Part shown: positions 20,538 to 32,665 of the stretch, piece after piece | How positions within the stretch are numbered: position 1 is the stretch's first letter | Layout: every line of letters begins with the position of its first letter | From: Treponema sp. | GTDB lineage: Bacteria; Spirochaetota; Spirochaetia; Treponematales; Breznakiellaceae | Assembly: GCA_009787835.1 (NCBI GenBank) | Contig: WQSN01000008.1 | Span: forward strand, 2,308-66,307 | Direction of reading: 5' to 3' | DNA length: 64,000 bases | The notes under the pieces: generated by a model | What the model was told of the DNA's origin: nothing | Database searches by the model: none | Seen by the model: the letters and a program-made list of their open reading frames with translations, nothing else | Translations under genes and position numbers: made by a program

Positions 20538-21020
20538 GTGAAAATATTTTGGGGTTTTGTTACTTATTTTTTTTGGTTCTCTTTATATGTTTTCTCCGAT
20601 GAATTGAATATCGCAAAACAATTTATCGACAATAATGCTTTATTAAATGATTATTCCATAATAGAGCTAAATTTTAATATTTATAATACAAAAACTTTTT
20701 TGTTTTTTAAATCTTATAATAATGGACAATTAAATCAAAATGATGAAATTTTATCATTTACTGATGGTGTTATAGTAAAAGCGGATGATAAAAATGTAGT
20801 ACAATATTTGGAAATTTATGGGAATGGTATTGTAAGAGCCAATGATAATGTTATATTTTATGATTTTTCAGAGCCTGGATATTCACATATAAGGTTTAAT
20901 GGCTGGTTATATGAGAAAACAAAAAAAGTATATGGCATAGAAAACTCCAATGCTTTTACTTTACAATTAACGAACAACGGAATCTGCTCCAGCGGCGGCA
21001 AGCGCCGCCTGCGGGGTTAA
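20538..21020 (+). CDS. AT-rich hypothetical secreted protein, possibly 3'-truncated
   Basis: Signal-peptide-like N-terminus; markedly more AT-rich than neighbours; ends in an abrupt GC-rich hairpin. Confidence 0.5.
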   Translation: MKIFWGFVTYFFWFSLYVFSDELNIAKQFIDNNALLNDYSIIELNFNIYNTKTFLFFKSYNNGQLNQNDEILSFTDGVIVKADDKNVVQYLEIYGNGIVRANDNVIFYDFSEPGYSHIRFNGWLYEKTKKVYGIENSNAFTLQLTNNGICSSGGKRRLRG

Positions 21021-21146
21021 TTTGAATGATAAAAAACATATTTGACAATAGTTTGCAATCTGTCAAAAAACCAGGACAAACTCTACAAACGGTTATTTGA
21101 GTAAGAATATTTTCCAGTGAAATTATAATTCTTATGAAAATTTTCC

Positions 21147-21176
21147 TTGACAAGCCTTATAAACCATTGCTAATAT
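21147..21176 (+). promoter_or_regulatory. sigma70 promoter of the oligosaccharide ABC operon
   Basis: TTGACA-N18-TAATAT with TG immediately upstream of -10. Confidence 0.65.
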
Positions 21177-21187
21177 ATAGTTATCTA

Positions 21188-21209
21188 TTTACCTAAACGT
21201 TTAGGTAAA
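21188..21209. promoter_or_regulatory. LacI-type operator
   Basis: Perfect 22-bp palindrome TTTACCTAAACGTTTAGGTAAA with central CG, just downstream of the -10 box. Confidence 0.8.
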
Positions 21210-21234
21210 ATAATATTTTTAGGAGGAGAGAATT

Positions 21235-22599
21235 ATGAAAAAAATCGCGATTATTGGCGTGATTTTGCTCTTGGTCAGCAGCTTTGTTTTCGCGACGGGA
21301 AACAGGGAATCTGCACCGTCTTCACAATCACAGCAACAGCAGCAGGGAAGGACTGTAATCACCTTCTCATTCTGGGGCACACCTGAAGAGTGGGCAGTTA
21401 CACAGGCGACAGCGGACAAATTTAACAATTCACAGAACAGAATCGAAGTAATGGTCAGGCAGATTGCCTGGGAAGTTTATGACGCAACGCTCAATACAAT
21501 GGCTGCGGCAAACAGGCTTCCTGACTGCGGTATGATGCAGGAAGCATCCGCCCTGCAGTTCGCTTCCAACGGTCTGCTTGCTGATATGTCGCAGATGTAT
21601 CCGGCAGGTCAGGCAAGACCTCTTGACAGTCTTGCGTTCAAAGGTCCGGACGGAAAGGTTGTGGCATATTCAACAGCGAACGAAATTCTGCTGCTTTACT
21701 ACAACAGAGCAATGTTTGATAAAGCCGGCATTCCTTATCCGCCGGCCAATGTAGCCAACGCGTGGACATGGGATCAGTTTGTGGATGTAGCTAAAAAATT
21801 AACGCTTGACGCAAACGGCAGAACTCCGAATGACGCTGGTTTTGACGCAAACAGAATCGTTCAGTACGGGGCAATGGTAGATAACCTTACATGGCAGCTT
21901 GAAGTATGGGCGCTCAGCAATGGCGGCGGTTTCTATTCCCCCGATGGCAAAAGCGTTATTATCGACCAGCCGGCTGCAATGGACGCAATTCAGAGAGTCG
22001 CGGATCTTCACCTAGTACATAAAGTAGCTCCCCTGTCACCGGGTAATACCGATGATGGTATTCAGCGTTCAATTCTGACAGGCACTGTCGCAATGGCAAC
22101 AGGCGGCCAGTGGAATGTTGGGACTGCGTTCCCTGAATGGAAAGCCGCAGGCAACAACTACGGCGTGGCAGTTCTTCCGCACATGGGAACAAAAGTAACC
22201 ATCAACACAGGCGGCCCTGTGGTAGTATTTTCACAGTCAAGAAATCAGGCAGCCGCGATGGAATGGCTCAGATGGTATACACAGGAAGAAAATTCCTGGG
22301 GTTTGATCGAAAGCGGTATCTGGATGCCGATATTGGACAAATATTACACCAATGAAGCTGATACAAGAAGATGGGTTAATAACCCCAACTTCCCGCCGTA
22401 TGCTGAATACAAATCCGCGGTTGTGGATTATGCCAGAACAAATTCAAGGTCGGCAGCATGGTATTATACGCCCAACACCAATGATTTTAACCAGGTTCTT
22501 GGAGCAGCGTTAGGTGATGTATGGACAGGCAGAAGAACCGCCAGAGACGCGATTACAGGCGCCGCCGCGGCTTTGCGAAGAGCTAACTCAGGAAGATAG
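21235..22599 (+). CDS. Oligosaccharide ABC transporter substrate-binding protein (family 1)
   Basis: Signal peptide, FSFWG, LYYNRAMFDKAGI, WTWDQF. Confidence 0.9.
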   Translation: MKKIAIIGVILLLVSSFVFATGNRESAPSSQSQQQQQGRTVITFSFWGTPEEWAVTQATADKFNNSQNRIEVMVRQIAWEVYDATLNTMAAANRLPDCGMMQEASALQFASNGLLADMSQMYPAGQARPLDSLAFKGPDGKVVAYSTANEILLLYYNRAMFDKAGIPYPPANVANAWTWDQFVDVAKKLTLDANGRTPNDAGFDANRIVQYGAMVDNLTWQLEVWALSNGGGFYSPDGKSVIIDQPAAMDAIQRVADLHLVHKVAPLSPGNTDDGIQRSILTGTVAMATGGQWNVGTAFPEWKAAGNNYGVAVLPHMGTKVTINTGGPVVVFSQSRNQAAAMEWLRWYTQEENSWGLIESGIWMPILDKYYTNEADTRRWVNNPNFPPYAEYKSAVVDYARTNSRSAAWYYTPNTNDFNQVLGAALGDVWTGRRTARDAITGAAAALRRANSGR

Positions 22600-22604
22600 T
22601 TTAT

Positions 22605-22685
22605 AATAAACAGGCGCCGGTAACCTGCGCCTGTTTATTGAAATGTTTTAAATCCTGCGCTGTTAATCTGTTACCGGCGCAGGAT
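22605..22685 (+). terminator. Two tandem hairpins after the SBP gene
   Basis: AATAAACAGGCGC/GCGCCTGTTTATT (22605-22639) and ATCCTGCGC/GCGCAGGAT (22652-22685). Confidence 0.7.
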
Positions 22686-22840
22686 AAATTAATGCAAGCG
22701 TTATTTTTAATCTGCCAGGAAAAATCCGGTTCCATTCATCTTTGATGATTTGGTAAAAAATGTTTTAACAAAAGTGTTATTAAAAAATTACTAAATAAAA
22801 CCAGCGCCATTCATTTATGATTAGCGCCAAGGAGCAGTAA

Positions 22841-23781
22841 ATGGCTGAAGGCAAAAATTTAAAAATCAAAGCATATCATTCAGATGCAGCTACAAAAATC
22901 GCGAAGAAGGAAGCGACAGCCGCGTATATTTTTCTGATACCCGCGTTTATCGGCCTTACAGTGCTTACATACGGACCTTTGCTTGCGGTATTCGGAATTA
23001 GTTTTTTCAACTGGGGAAGAATACCCAAATTTACCATGGATTCTTTTATCGGGCTTGAAAATTATATCTACCTCTTCAGAGATGATCCTTTTTTTAAGGA
23101 TTCGATCAAGGTAACGGCGTTTTTTACATTATTGGCAGTCGCAGGCAGTTTGATTTATTCACTCGCGGTCGCGATGCTTTTAAACAGAAAAATTCCAGCC
23201 AGAGGTTTTTTCAGGGCTGTTTTTTATATACCCTATGTTCTGCCGGCCGTCGCTGTGTACATGGGCTGGTCGTGGCTTTATGAACCCAATTATGGTTTAT
23301 TCAATTATGTTTTAACCTTGCTGAACGTTGACAAGGTTAATTTTTTACAGGACTCAAAACTTGTAATTCCATCTCTCGCATTAATATCCGTGTGGCTGTC
23401 TGGAAACCTGATAGTCATATTTCTCGCGGGGCTGCAAAATGTACCGCGGGTATATTATGAAGCCGCTGAAATTGACGGAGCCAATTTCTGGCAGCGTTTT
23501 TTAAATGTTACTGTTCCAAGCATGACTCCGATTATTTTCTACAATTTATTAATGGCGATAGTAACCAATATGCAGATAGTAACTCCGGCGCTCGCGCTTA
23601 CTCAGGGCGGCCCGGGTAATTCAACCAGATTTATGACTTATCTTATGTACTATGAAGGGTTTTATTCAGGCCGTCTCAGTTCCGCCGCCGCAATATCATT
23701 TGTGTTTTTTATTATTGTAGCGATATTTACAGCGATTATTTTTGTTACATCCAGAGAATGGGTATTCTATGAGGGGGATAA

Positions 23782-23785
<4 letters not shown>
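22841..23785 (+). CDS. Carbohydrate ABC transporter permease 1
   Basis: FIGLENY, YYEAAEIDGA, TQGGP. Confidence 0.93.
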
Positions 23786-26156
<2,371 letters not shown>

Positions 26157-26169
26157 TTTAACAATTTAG

Positions 26170-26201
26170 GCTGTTCCAAAACTTTCAGTTTTTGGAATAG
26201 C
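26170..26201. repeat. Small palindromic repeat (GCTGTTCCAAAA family)
   Basis: GCTGTTCCAAAA-CTTTCAGT-TTTTGGAATAGC. Confidence 0.75.
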
Positions 26202-26234
26202 TGCCATAAATTTATTGAATAAAGGAATACAGTC

Positions 26235-27137
26235 ATGAAAAACGCTTTACCAGGAAAATACGGGGTAACCTTCATTGGCCACATGTGTTATGACGAAGTA
26301 ACGCATTTTAACGGAGATACAATCGTAGCGCCGGGCAGCGCTGTGCTGTGCGGAGCGATGGTTACATCAAGAGTCGGCGTAAAGACAGCCGCTGTTGTCA
26401 AAATGTCATTGGATGAAGAAAAAATCAACCAGCCGATGAAGGATCGGGGCGTAGATGTCTTTGTAATACCTGCGGATTGTACGACATATTCCAAAGTAGT
26501 GCATGAATCTGAAAATGTCGATGAACGGAAAATTACGCTTATCAGAACCGCAGGACTCATAAAAGCTGAGGATGTGCCGGAACTTGATTCAAGATTTGTA
26601 CATCTGTGCGGAGTCTCGGACTCTGAGTTTGACATGGATCTCATAGACGGACTTAAAGCGCGCGGCTACAGTCTTTCCACCGATATGCAGAGTTTTGTGC
26701 GTCAGATAACCCCTGTTACGCACGAGATAAATTTCGGCGATGTGATAAACAAAAAAGAGATCATTTCCCGTATGGACAGGGTAAAACTGGATGTAGTGGA
26801 AGCGAGGGTATTAACCGGCACTGATGACCTTGAAAAAGCGTCTTTAATTGTTGAGTCATGGGGCTGCCCGGAAATTATGATCACGAATTCCCGGGGCGTA
26901 TTGGCTCGGGTGAACGGCGTCACCCATTACGAGAAATTTTCCAACAACAGCGTGATTGGCCGAACAGGCAGGGGCGACACTACATTCGCGGCGTATCTTG
27001 CGTGGAGGCTGGAGCATGACGTATCAGAGTCGCTGAAATTCGCCGCAGCCCTTGTTTCCATTAAGATGGAACTGTACGGTCCTTTCCAGGGAACTGTGGA
27101 AGATGTATATAGACGAATAAAGGAAAAACATTCATAA
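26235..27137 (+). CDS. PfkB/ribokinase-family carbohydrate kinase
   Basis: GH..YD, PGSA, C-terminal RTGRGDT, LKFAAAL. Confidence 0.8.
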   Translation: MKNALPGKYGVTFIGHMCYDEVTHFNGDTIVAPGSAVLCGAMVTSRVGVKTAAVVKMSLDEEKINQPMKDRGVDVFVIPADCTTYSKVVHESENVDERKITLIRTAGLIKAEDVPELDSRFVHLCGVSDSEFDMDLIDGLKARGYSLSTDMQSFVRQITPVTHEINFGDVINKKEIISRMDRVKLDVVEARVLTGTDDLEKASLIVESWGCPEIMITNSRGVLARVNGVTHYEKFSNNSVIGRTGRGDTTFAAYLAWRLEHDVSESLKFAAALVSIKMELYGPFQGTVEDVYRRIKEKHS

Positions 27138-27236
27138 ATTAAGTAAGATGTCAGGCGCATAAGAATTACGGAATCCCCGTTAAATGCCTGGACATAAAGT
27201 TTGTTATCAGAAGATTCTGTTTTACAGGAGGGTGAT

Positions 27237-29573
27237 ATGTACATTGATAAATTCAAAATTGATCCGGACTGGTGCGTCATTGAAGAAGAATTTGATATTA
27301 CCCGCGTAAGGCACAATGAATCGGTTATGGCCCTTGGAACTGGTTATTTAACAATACGTTCCGGTTTTGAAGAAGGCTTCTCTGATGATGAACAGAATCT
27401 TACCTATGATCGCATGGCAATGAATGTCTCTCTTGAAGTTGTCCCTTCAAAAAAGAGCCGCTGGGGCGCTTTTATTCCTCTGGTACAGGGCAAACATCCT
27501 TTCTGGAATGTGGGCGTTATTAATCTTCCCTATTCACTTGGGCTTATGGTATACGCGGACAATGAAAAGCTGGACATGGAAACCTCAAAAATCACCCATT
27601 ACAGGCGCTGGCTTGACATGCAGACCGCGACGCTTTTCCGCACCTTTATTTGGGAAACAGCGTCAGGTAAAAAATTTAATCTTTTATTCAGGCGTTACAT
27701 GAATCCCGATTACAGGTTTGTATGCGTGCAGGATTTGAAAATTACAGCCATTGGCTGCAGCGCGGATGTGGAGTTGATAAGTTTCATAGACAACGATGTC
27801 CGCACAAACGGTTATGATAAATTTTCAGGCCGCGTAACAGGTTTCGCAGGCGATCAGGTTATCTATTCTGATGTTACGTGCAATTTAGGCGACAGGGTGA
27901 TGACAGTCAGCCGCATGGTCTGCGATAAAGACTGTAAAAAGATCATAAAGCGCGAAGAGCGCCGGGTCGCTTCAAGCCATTTCTTCAGGCTGGCGGAGGA
28001 TGAACAGGCCGATGTGCGCAAGGTCTCTGTGCAGGCCGCGAGCGAATATTTTAACAGGGAAGCTCTGCTGGATGAGAGCATCAATCTGATCAATGCCTGT
28101 CTTGAAAAGGACAGCGAAGCTCTGCACGCCGAGCACGTCAGCCGGTGGGCGAAAAACTGGGAAATTTCTGATATTCAGATCAAGGCGAATGACACACCTC
28201 CTTACAACAGCCAGCTTGCAATACGGCAGTCAATATACCACCTGCTTCGCGCCCGCTGCGCTGATCCGAGGGCGCTTAACTGCGCGAAAGGATCAACAAG
28301 CGAGATGTATCTGGGTTCAGTCTGCTGGGACATGGAAATATTTTTCCAGCCTTTTTATATTTATACGCAGCCCGCTTTGGCAAAAATGACCGCCCTGTAC
28401 CGTTATAAAATACTGGACGGGGCGCGCAGAAGCGCCAAAGCCATGAATTACCCTGGAGCGCGCTATCCATGGCAGACAGATCGTTACGGCGATGAGGTAT
28501 GCCCGTTATTTGAATATGCGGATCATGAAATACATATAACGGCCGACATTGTAGTGGGACTTTGGCACTATTACCTGAACACTCTGGACAAGGATTTTCT
28601 TTATAACCAGGGCCTGGAAATAATTCTGGAAACTTCAAGATACTGGAAAAGCCGTTCGACAAAGGTAAATGGCAGGCGCGGCTGGCACATTTACGGCGTT
28701 ATGGGTCCTGATGAATATAAGCCCGTTACCAATAACAATGCCTACACAAATTTTGTTGTGCGTGAAAACCTGCGTCTGGCGGAAAGAGTTACAAGCATGT
28801 GCAAAGCCGACGCGCCCGGCGTATATCAGGCGTTATGTGCAAAAATTGGGTTTAATGACAATGAAATCGCGCTTTTTAACGAGATAGCTAGCGGTCTTTC
28901 CATCCCCAAAGATGAAGAGCGCCACATTGTCTGGCAGTGCGATAATTTTGACTCTGCCTTCTGCGAAATAGACATTGAAGGACTGTGGAAGGATAAAAAT
29001 AAATTATTTGGATTTTATACGACCCAGGAGATGCGTTATCGCTCCAAGTGTCTTAAACAATCCGATGTAATAGCTTTGATGGGGTTATACACTGAAGCCT
29101 TCACAAAGGAAGAGATGATCTGTTCATTCGATTATTACAATCCCTATACCATTCATGATTCTTCCAATTCCCTGTGCCATAACGCCATAGTAGCCGCCAG
29201 AACCGGCCGCCCGGCGATTGCCTATGAAAACTGGAAAAAATCCATGGATATCGACTTCGGAGTCAGACCGCGCTCTTCAGATGGCATTCACTTTGCAAAT
29301 GTCGGCGGAATGTGGCAGGAAATTGTTATTGGTTTCGCGGGCATGGTTTACGCGTTAAGCGCGGATATATTAACCTTTAAACCCTGTCTGCCTGAAGAAA
29401 TCGAATGTATATCGTTTCAGGTAATATGGAAAGGCCAAAGGGTTTCTGTTACCGTTACGCGCAACCAGGTGGATGTGAAAAACATGTCCGGCAAAGCGCT
29501 GTCATTTAAAGTCTGCGGCAGGACAGCGCAGGCCGCATCAGGCGCCAGCGCAAGCCTTTCGTATATTAGTTAG
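27237..29573 (+). CDS. GH65 glycoside phosphorylase/hydrolase
   Basis: ESVMALGTGY..IRS, WD.E, GARYPW, EIHITADI, GPDEY (catalytic Glu), KQSDV, HDSS; GGAGG RBS before ATG 27237. Confidence 0.9.
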   Translation: MYIDKFKIDPDWCVIEEEFDITRVRHNESVMALGTGYLTIRSGFEEGFSDDEQNLTYDRMAMNVSLEVVPSKKSRWGAFIPLVQGKHPFWNVGVINLPYSLGLMVYADNEKLDMETSKITHYRRWLDMQTATLFRTFIWETASGKKFNLLFRRYMNPDYRFVCVQDLKITAIGCSADVELISFIDNDVRTNGYDKFSGRVTGFAGDQVIYSDVTCNLGDRVMTVSRMVCDKDCKKIIKREERRVASSHFFRLAEDEQADVRKVSVQAASEYFNREALLDESINLINACLEKDSEALHAEHVSRWAKNWEISDIQIKANDTPPYNSQLAIRQSIYHLLRARCADPRALNCAKGSTSEMYLGSVCWDMEIFFQPFYIYTQPALAKMTALYRYKILDGARRSAKAMNYPGARYPWQTDRYGDEVCPLFEYADHEIHITADIVVGLWHYYLNTLDKDFLYNQGLEIILETSRYWKSRSTKVNGRRGWHIYGVMGPDEYKPVTNNNAYTNFVVRENLRLAERVTSMCKADAPGVYQALCAKIGFNDNEIALFNEIASGLSIPKDEERHIVWQCDNFDSAFCEIDIEGLWKDKNKLFGFYTTQEMRYRSKCLKQSDVIALMGLYTEAFTKEEMICSFDYYNPYTIHDSSNSLCHNAIVAARTGRPAIAYENWKKSMDIDFGVRPRSSDGIHFANVGGMWQEIVIGFAGMVYALSADILTFKPCLPEEIECISFQVIWKGQRVSVTVTRNQVDVKNMSGKALSFKVCGRTAQAASGASASLSYIS

Positions 29574-29652
29574 CGGCAGTCCATAACGCGGACGCATTAT
29601 GGAAAGTCTGCTTTGGTATTCGTATTTTAGCAGCCTGAAAGCCGGAAAAAAA

Positions 29653-30336
29653 TCAGTAAATTGTAGTGCCTGTAAATTCTTCGCCTGACAGTATTTTTTT
29701 TAAATTATCTAGGTTTCTGCCGGCTGCGCAGATTACTTTTAAATTTATTTTTTCCGCGTGGCGACTGGCGACAGGATCGAACGGAACATTTTTTCCCGGA
29801 ACCCATTCATCGCCTGTTATGACGCGAAAATCTGCCCAGGATATTTTATCGATTGGGCTGGCATTACTGTCAATTTTGGGATCGGCTGTGTACACCTTTT
29901 CAATATTGGAAAGGTTGATTAATGCGTCCGCCCGGAAACGTTCCGCAAGGAGGACCGCGTCATAATCGGTTGAAAAACCCGGTTTCCAGCCGGCGGCAAC
30001 CAATACCCGGCCTGTCAGAGGATCAACCTGGCAGGGATTAGTTACTACTTCCTGGGTGCACCATTCGCCCATTACAGCTTTTATTAGCTGCGCGTTTAAA
30101 CGCGTCGCCATTATTCCAATCCAGTCGGCTTCATCATCTTTTATACCGCCGTTTATTTCACGGTAAGCGTTTTGCCAGTGACGGGCAGGACCGCCGCCGC
30201 CTACAACAAAAATAAATCGTCTGCTTGAATCCGCTTCGATAAAAGAACGTATCAATTTGACAAATTCCGTCAGAAAAGCGATGTCAACCTTGTCCGGAGC
30301 CACAATAGAACCGCCCAAAGAAATTACCGTTACCAT
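29653..30336 (-). CDS. pyrH: UMP kinase, archaeal-type
   Basis: VISLGGS, VVGGGGPAR, GIMATRLNA, PGFSTDYDA, YTADP, PFDPVA. Confidence 0.9.
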   Translation of the reverse strand: MVTVISLGGSIVAPDKVDIAFLTEFVKLIRSFIEADSSRRFIFVVGGGGPARHWQNAYREINGGIKDDEADWIGIMATRLNAQLIKAVMGEWCTQEVVTNPCQVDPLTGRVLVAAGWKPGFSTDYDAVLLAERFRADALINLSNIEKVYTADPKIDSNASPIDKISWADFRVITGDEWVPGKNVPFDPVASRHAEKINLKVICAAGRNLDNLKKILSGEEFTGTTIY

Positions 30337-30463
30337 TTTAGCCTCTTTATAAACATAAGTTTAGTATCGATCATGGATAAATGCAAGCAATTGACATATA
30401 ATATATAATATAATACATTTTACGGGACACAATAGCTGATCTTGGGAATTAAGGAGACTGAAA

Positions 30464-32563
30464 ATGAAAAATAAATATTTTTACCATGGAATATTTGCAA
30501 TAATACTCTTGCTGGGAGCGCTATTTATCAGTTGTGAAGAAACTCCCGGAGAAAGCCAGATTTTTGAAGGCCAATGGGCAGGCGGTAACATCGCTAAAGA
30601 AGGCGACGCGCAATGGTTCTATTTTACCGCTACCGCGTCTACGCATTATATTCACATTTCTTTTGGTTCCCTGACTGATGTATATGTGCAGTTATATAGC
30701 AGTAACGGCAGCTCTCCCGGCCCCTCCGTTGGAAGCTCCGTAAACGTATATGGTTCTACTACTTATATTTCACGATCATCATTAACCATCGGAAATACAT
30801 ACTATATAAAAGTGTGGCCATGGTCTTCTAGCGATAAAGGCACTTTCCAGATAATGTTCAACAGCTCATCTTATGTTCCTCCCAACAATACTCCATTAAC
30901 GGAAAACCTGTGGACCAGCGGTAACATATCTTCTTATGGCGGCGAGCAATGGTTTTCATTTACTGCATCAGCGTCTACTCAATACATCCATTTTAAATTC
31001 GATACATTAAATGATTTATATGTACGTTTAGTTGGCAGCAATGGCAACCTAGTTGGAGATAGCAGTACAAACTTATATGGTTCTACTACTTATACTTCAC
31101 GATCATCATTACAAATCGGTGATGTATATTATATAAGGGTTTGGACGAGCGTTGGCAGCGGTGATTACGAGATTTCCTTTAATTCAACACAAGGTTCGCC
31201 TCCTACATGGTCTCCGGAAAGCGGTACTCCTGTTCTGCTCACAGGAGATCAGTGGGTTAATGGAAATATCTCATCTTCAAACGGCGAACAATGGTATATT
31301 TTTTCCGCTGCAGCTAATACACAGTATGTCCATGTAATTTTCGGTACTTTAACAGATTTATATGTGCAGCTATATTACAGCGACGGTTCAATTGCAGGTA
31401 ATGCCATTAATTTATATAACAATTATCGTAGTACCCCATTATCATTAATACCCAATGATATATACTTTATTAAGGTTTCACCGCGTAACGGGAACGGCAC
31501 TTTCCAGATAGCTATTAATACATCGACAAGTCCTCCTGTGGGCACTTGGACACCGGATGACAGTTATACCAATTTAACATTTAACCAATGGACAAGCGGT
31601 AATATCTCTTCACCTGGCGGCGAACAATGGTTTGCATTTACAGCATCAGCGTCTACTCATTACATCCACGCAGATTTCGGCACATTAGATGATATACGGG
31701 TGCAATTATATGACAGCAACGGTACCATGGTGGGAAGCCAAATAAACTTAACTCGCAGTTACCCATACGCTCAAAGGTCGTCATTGATATCCGGTAATAT
31801 ATACTTTATAAAAGTTTGGCCGTATGCCAGCAGCAGGAGCGGTACTTTTCAGATAACGTTTAATTCGTCTACAAGCAATCCCGGAGGAGGGGGAGGCTGG
31901 AGTCCTCAATACACTCCTGTTCAAATTGGAACGGCAAATCAATGGGCAAACGGCAGCATTTCCTCATCAAGCGGAGAACAATGGTTCGTGTTTACCGCCT
32001 CTGCATCTACACAGAACATACATGTAAATTGCGGCACAATAACGAATTTATATGTTCAGTTATATGACAGCAACGGTAACCCAACAGGAGCCAATTCATA
32101 CTTATCTGGTTCTTCATATTTCTCACGATCATTGACTTCCGGTGTCATGTATTACATTCGGGTTACTTATGGCAGCGGGACTGGTTCTTTCCAGATAGCG
32201 TATAATACATCGACAAGCGCTCCGGTCAGTAGTATATGGTCTCCTCCTGGTTACAACGCTACCCAGCTTACATTTGACAACTGGGCTAACGGCAATATTT
32301 CCACACAAGGCGGAGAACAATGGTTCGTTTTCACCGCAACCGCATCTACTCAGTATATCCATGTCACTTTTGGCGGACTTACAGATTTATATGTGGAGTT
32401 ATATGACAGCAGCGGAAATCCATCAGGAAGCACTATCAATTTTTATAATGCTTACCGTTCCGCTCCACGCTCACTAACAAGTGGAAGTGTGTATTATATC
32501 AAGGTATATCCGTATAGCTCTTATACCGGTACTTACACTATTAAATTCAACGCTTCGCTTTAG
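30464..32563 (+). CDS. Surface lipoprotein made of six tandem ~110-aa beta-rich (PPC-like) repeats
   Basis: Lipobox FISC; six copies of W..G.I...G.(E)QWF.FTA...YIH..FG.L.D.YV.LY...YYI.V...G.F.I.(F/Y)N. Confidence 0.85.
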   Translation: MKNKYFYHGIFAIILLLGALFISCEETPGESQIFEGQWAGGNIAKEGDAQWFYFTATASTHYIHISFGSLTDVYVQLYSSNGSSPGPSVGSSVNVYGSTTYISRSSLTIGNTYYIKVWPWSSSDKGTFQIMFNSSSYVPPNNTPLTENLWTSGNISSYGGEQWFSFTASASTQYIHFKFDTLNDLYVRLVGSNGNLVGDSSTNLYGSTTYTSRSSLQIGDVYYIRVWTSVGSGDYEISFNSTQGSPPTWSPESGTPVLLTGDQWVNGNISSSNGEQWYIFSAAANTQYVHVIFGTLTDLYVQLYYSDGSIAGNAINLYNNYRSTPLSLIPNDIYFIKVSPRNGNGTFQIAINTSTSPPVGTWTPDDSYTNLTFNQWTSGNISSPGGEQWFAFTASASTHYIHADFGTLDDIRVQLYDSNGTMVGSQINLTRSYPYAQRSSLISGNIYFIKVWPYASSRSGTFQITFNSSTSNPGGGGGWSPQYTPVQIGTANQWANGSISSSSGEQWFVFTASASTQNIHVNCGTITNLYVQLYDSNGNPTGANSYLSGSSYFSRSLTSGVMYYIRVTYGSGTGSFQIAYNTSTSAPVSSIWSPPGYNATQLTFDNWANGNISTQGGEQWFVFTATASTQYIHVTFGGLTDLYVELYDSSGNPSGSTINFYNAYRSAPRSLTSGSVYYIKVYPYSSYTGTYTIKFNASL

Positions 32564-32615
32564 GAGTATTTATGACCCTGACAGGGATTTGCGCAGCCCG
32601 CTTTTAATAATTGAG

Positions 32616-32661
32616 GCTGTTCCAAAACTTTCGAACCGCAGGTTCATGTTTTTGGAACAGC
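32616..32661. repeat. Small palindromic repeat (GCTGTTCCAAAA family) with an inner hairpin, between convergent genes
   Basis: GCTGTTCCAAAA-CTTTC-GAACCgcaGGTTC-ATGT-TTTTGGAACAGC. Confidence 0.8.
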
Positions 32662-32665
32662 TGAT

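Noticed and set aside
29653-30336. Archaeal-type UMP kinase as a novel horizontal transfer
   Set aside because: To my knowledge this type is already known in treponemes, so I used it only as a taxonomic hint.
30464-32563. Possible CRISPR array or DGR template/variable repeat pair
   Set aside because: The repeats are in-frame protein-domain repeats. There is no constant repeat-spacer period, no adenine-specific mismatch pattern, and no reverse transcriptase or cas gene in the window.
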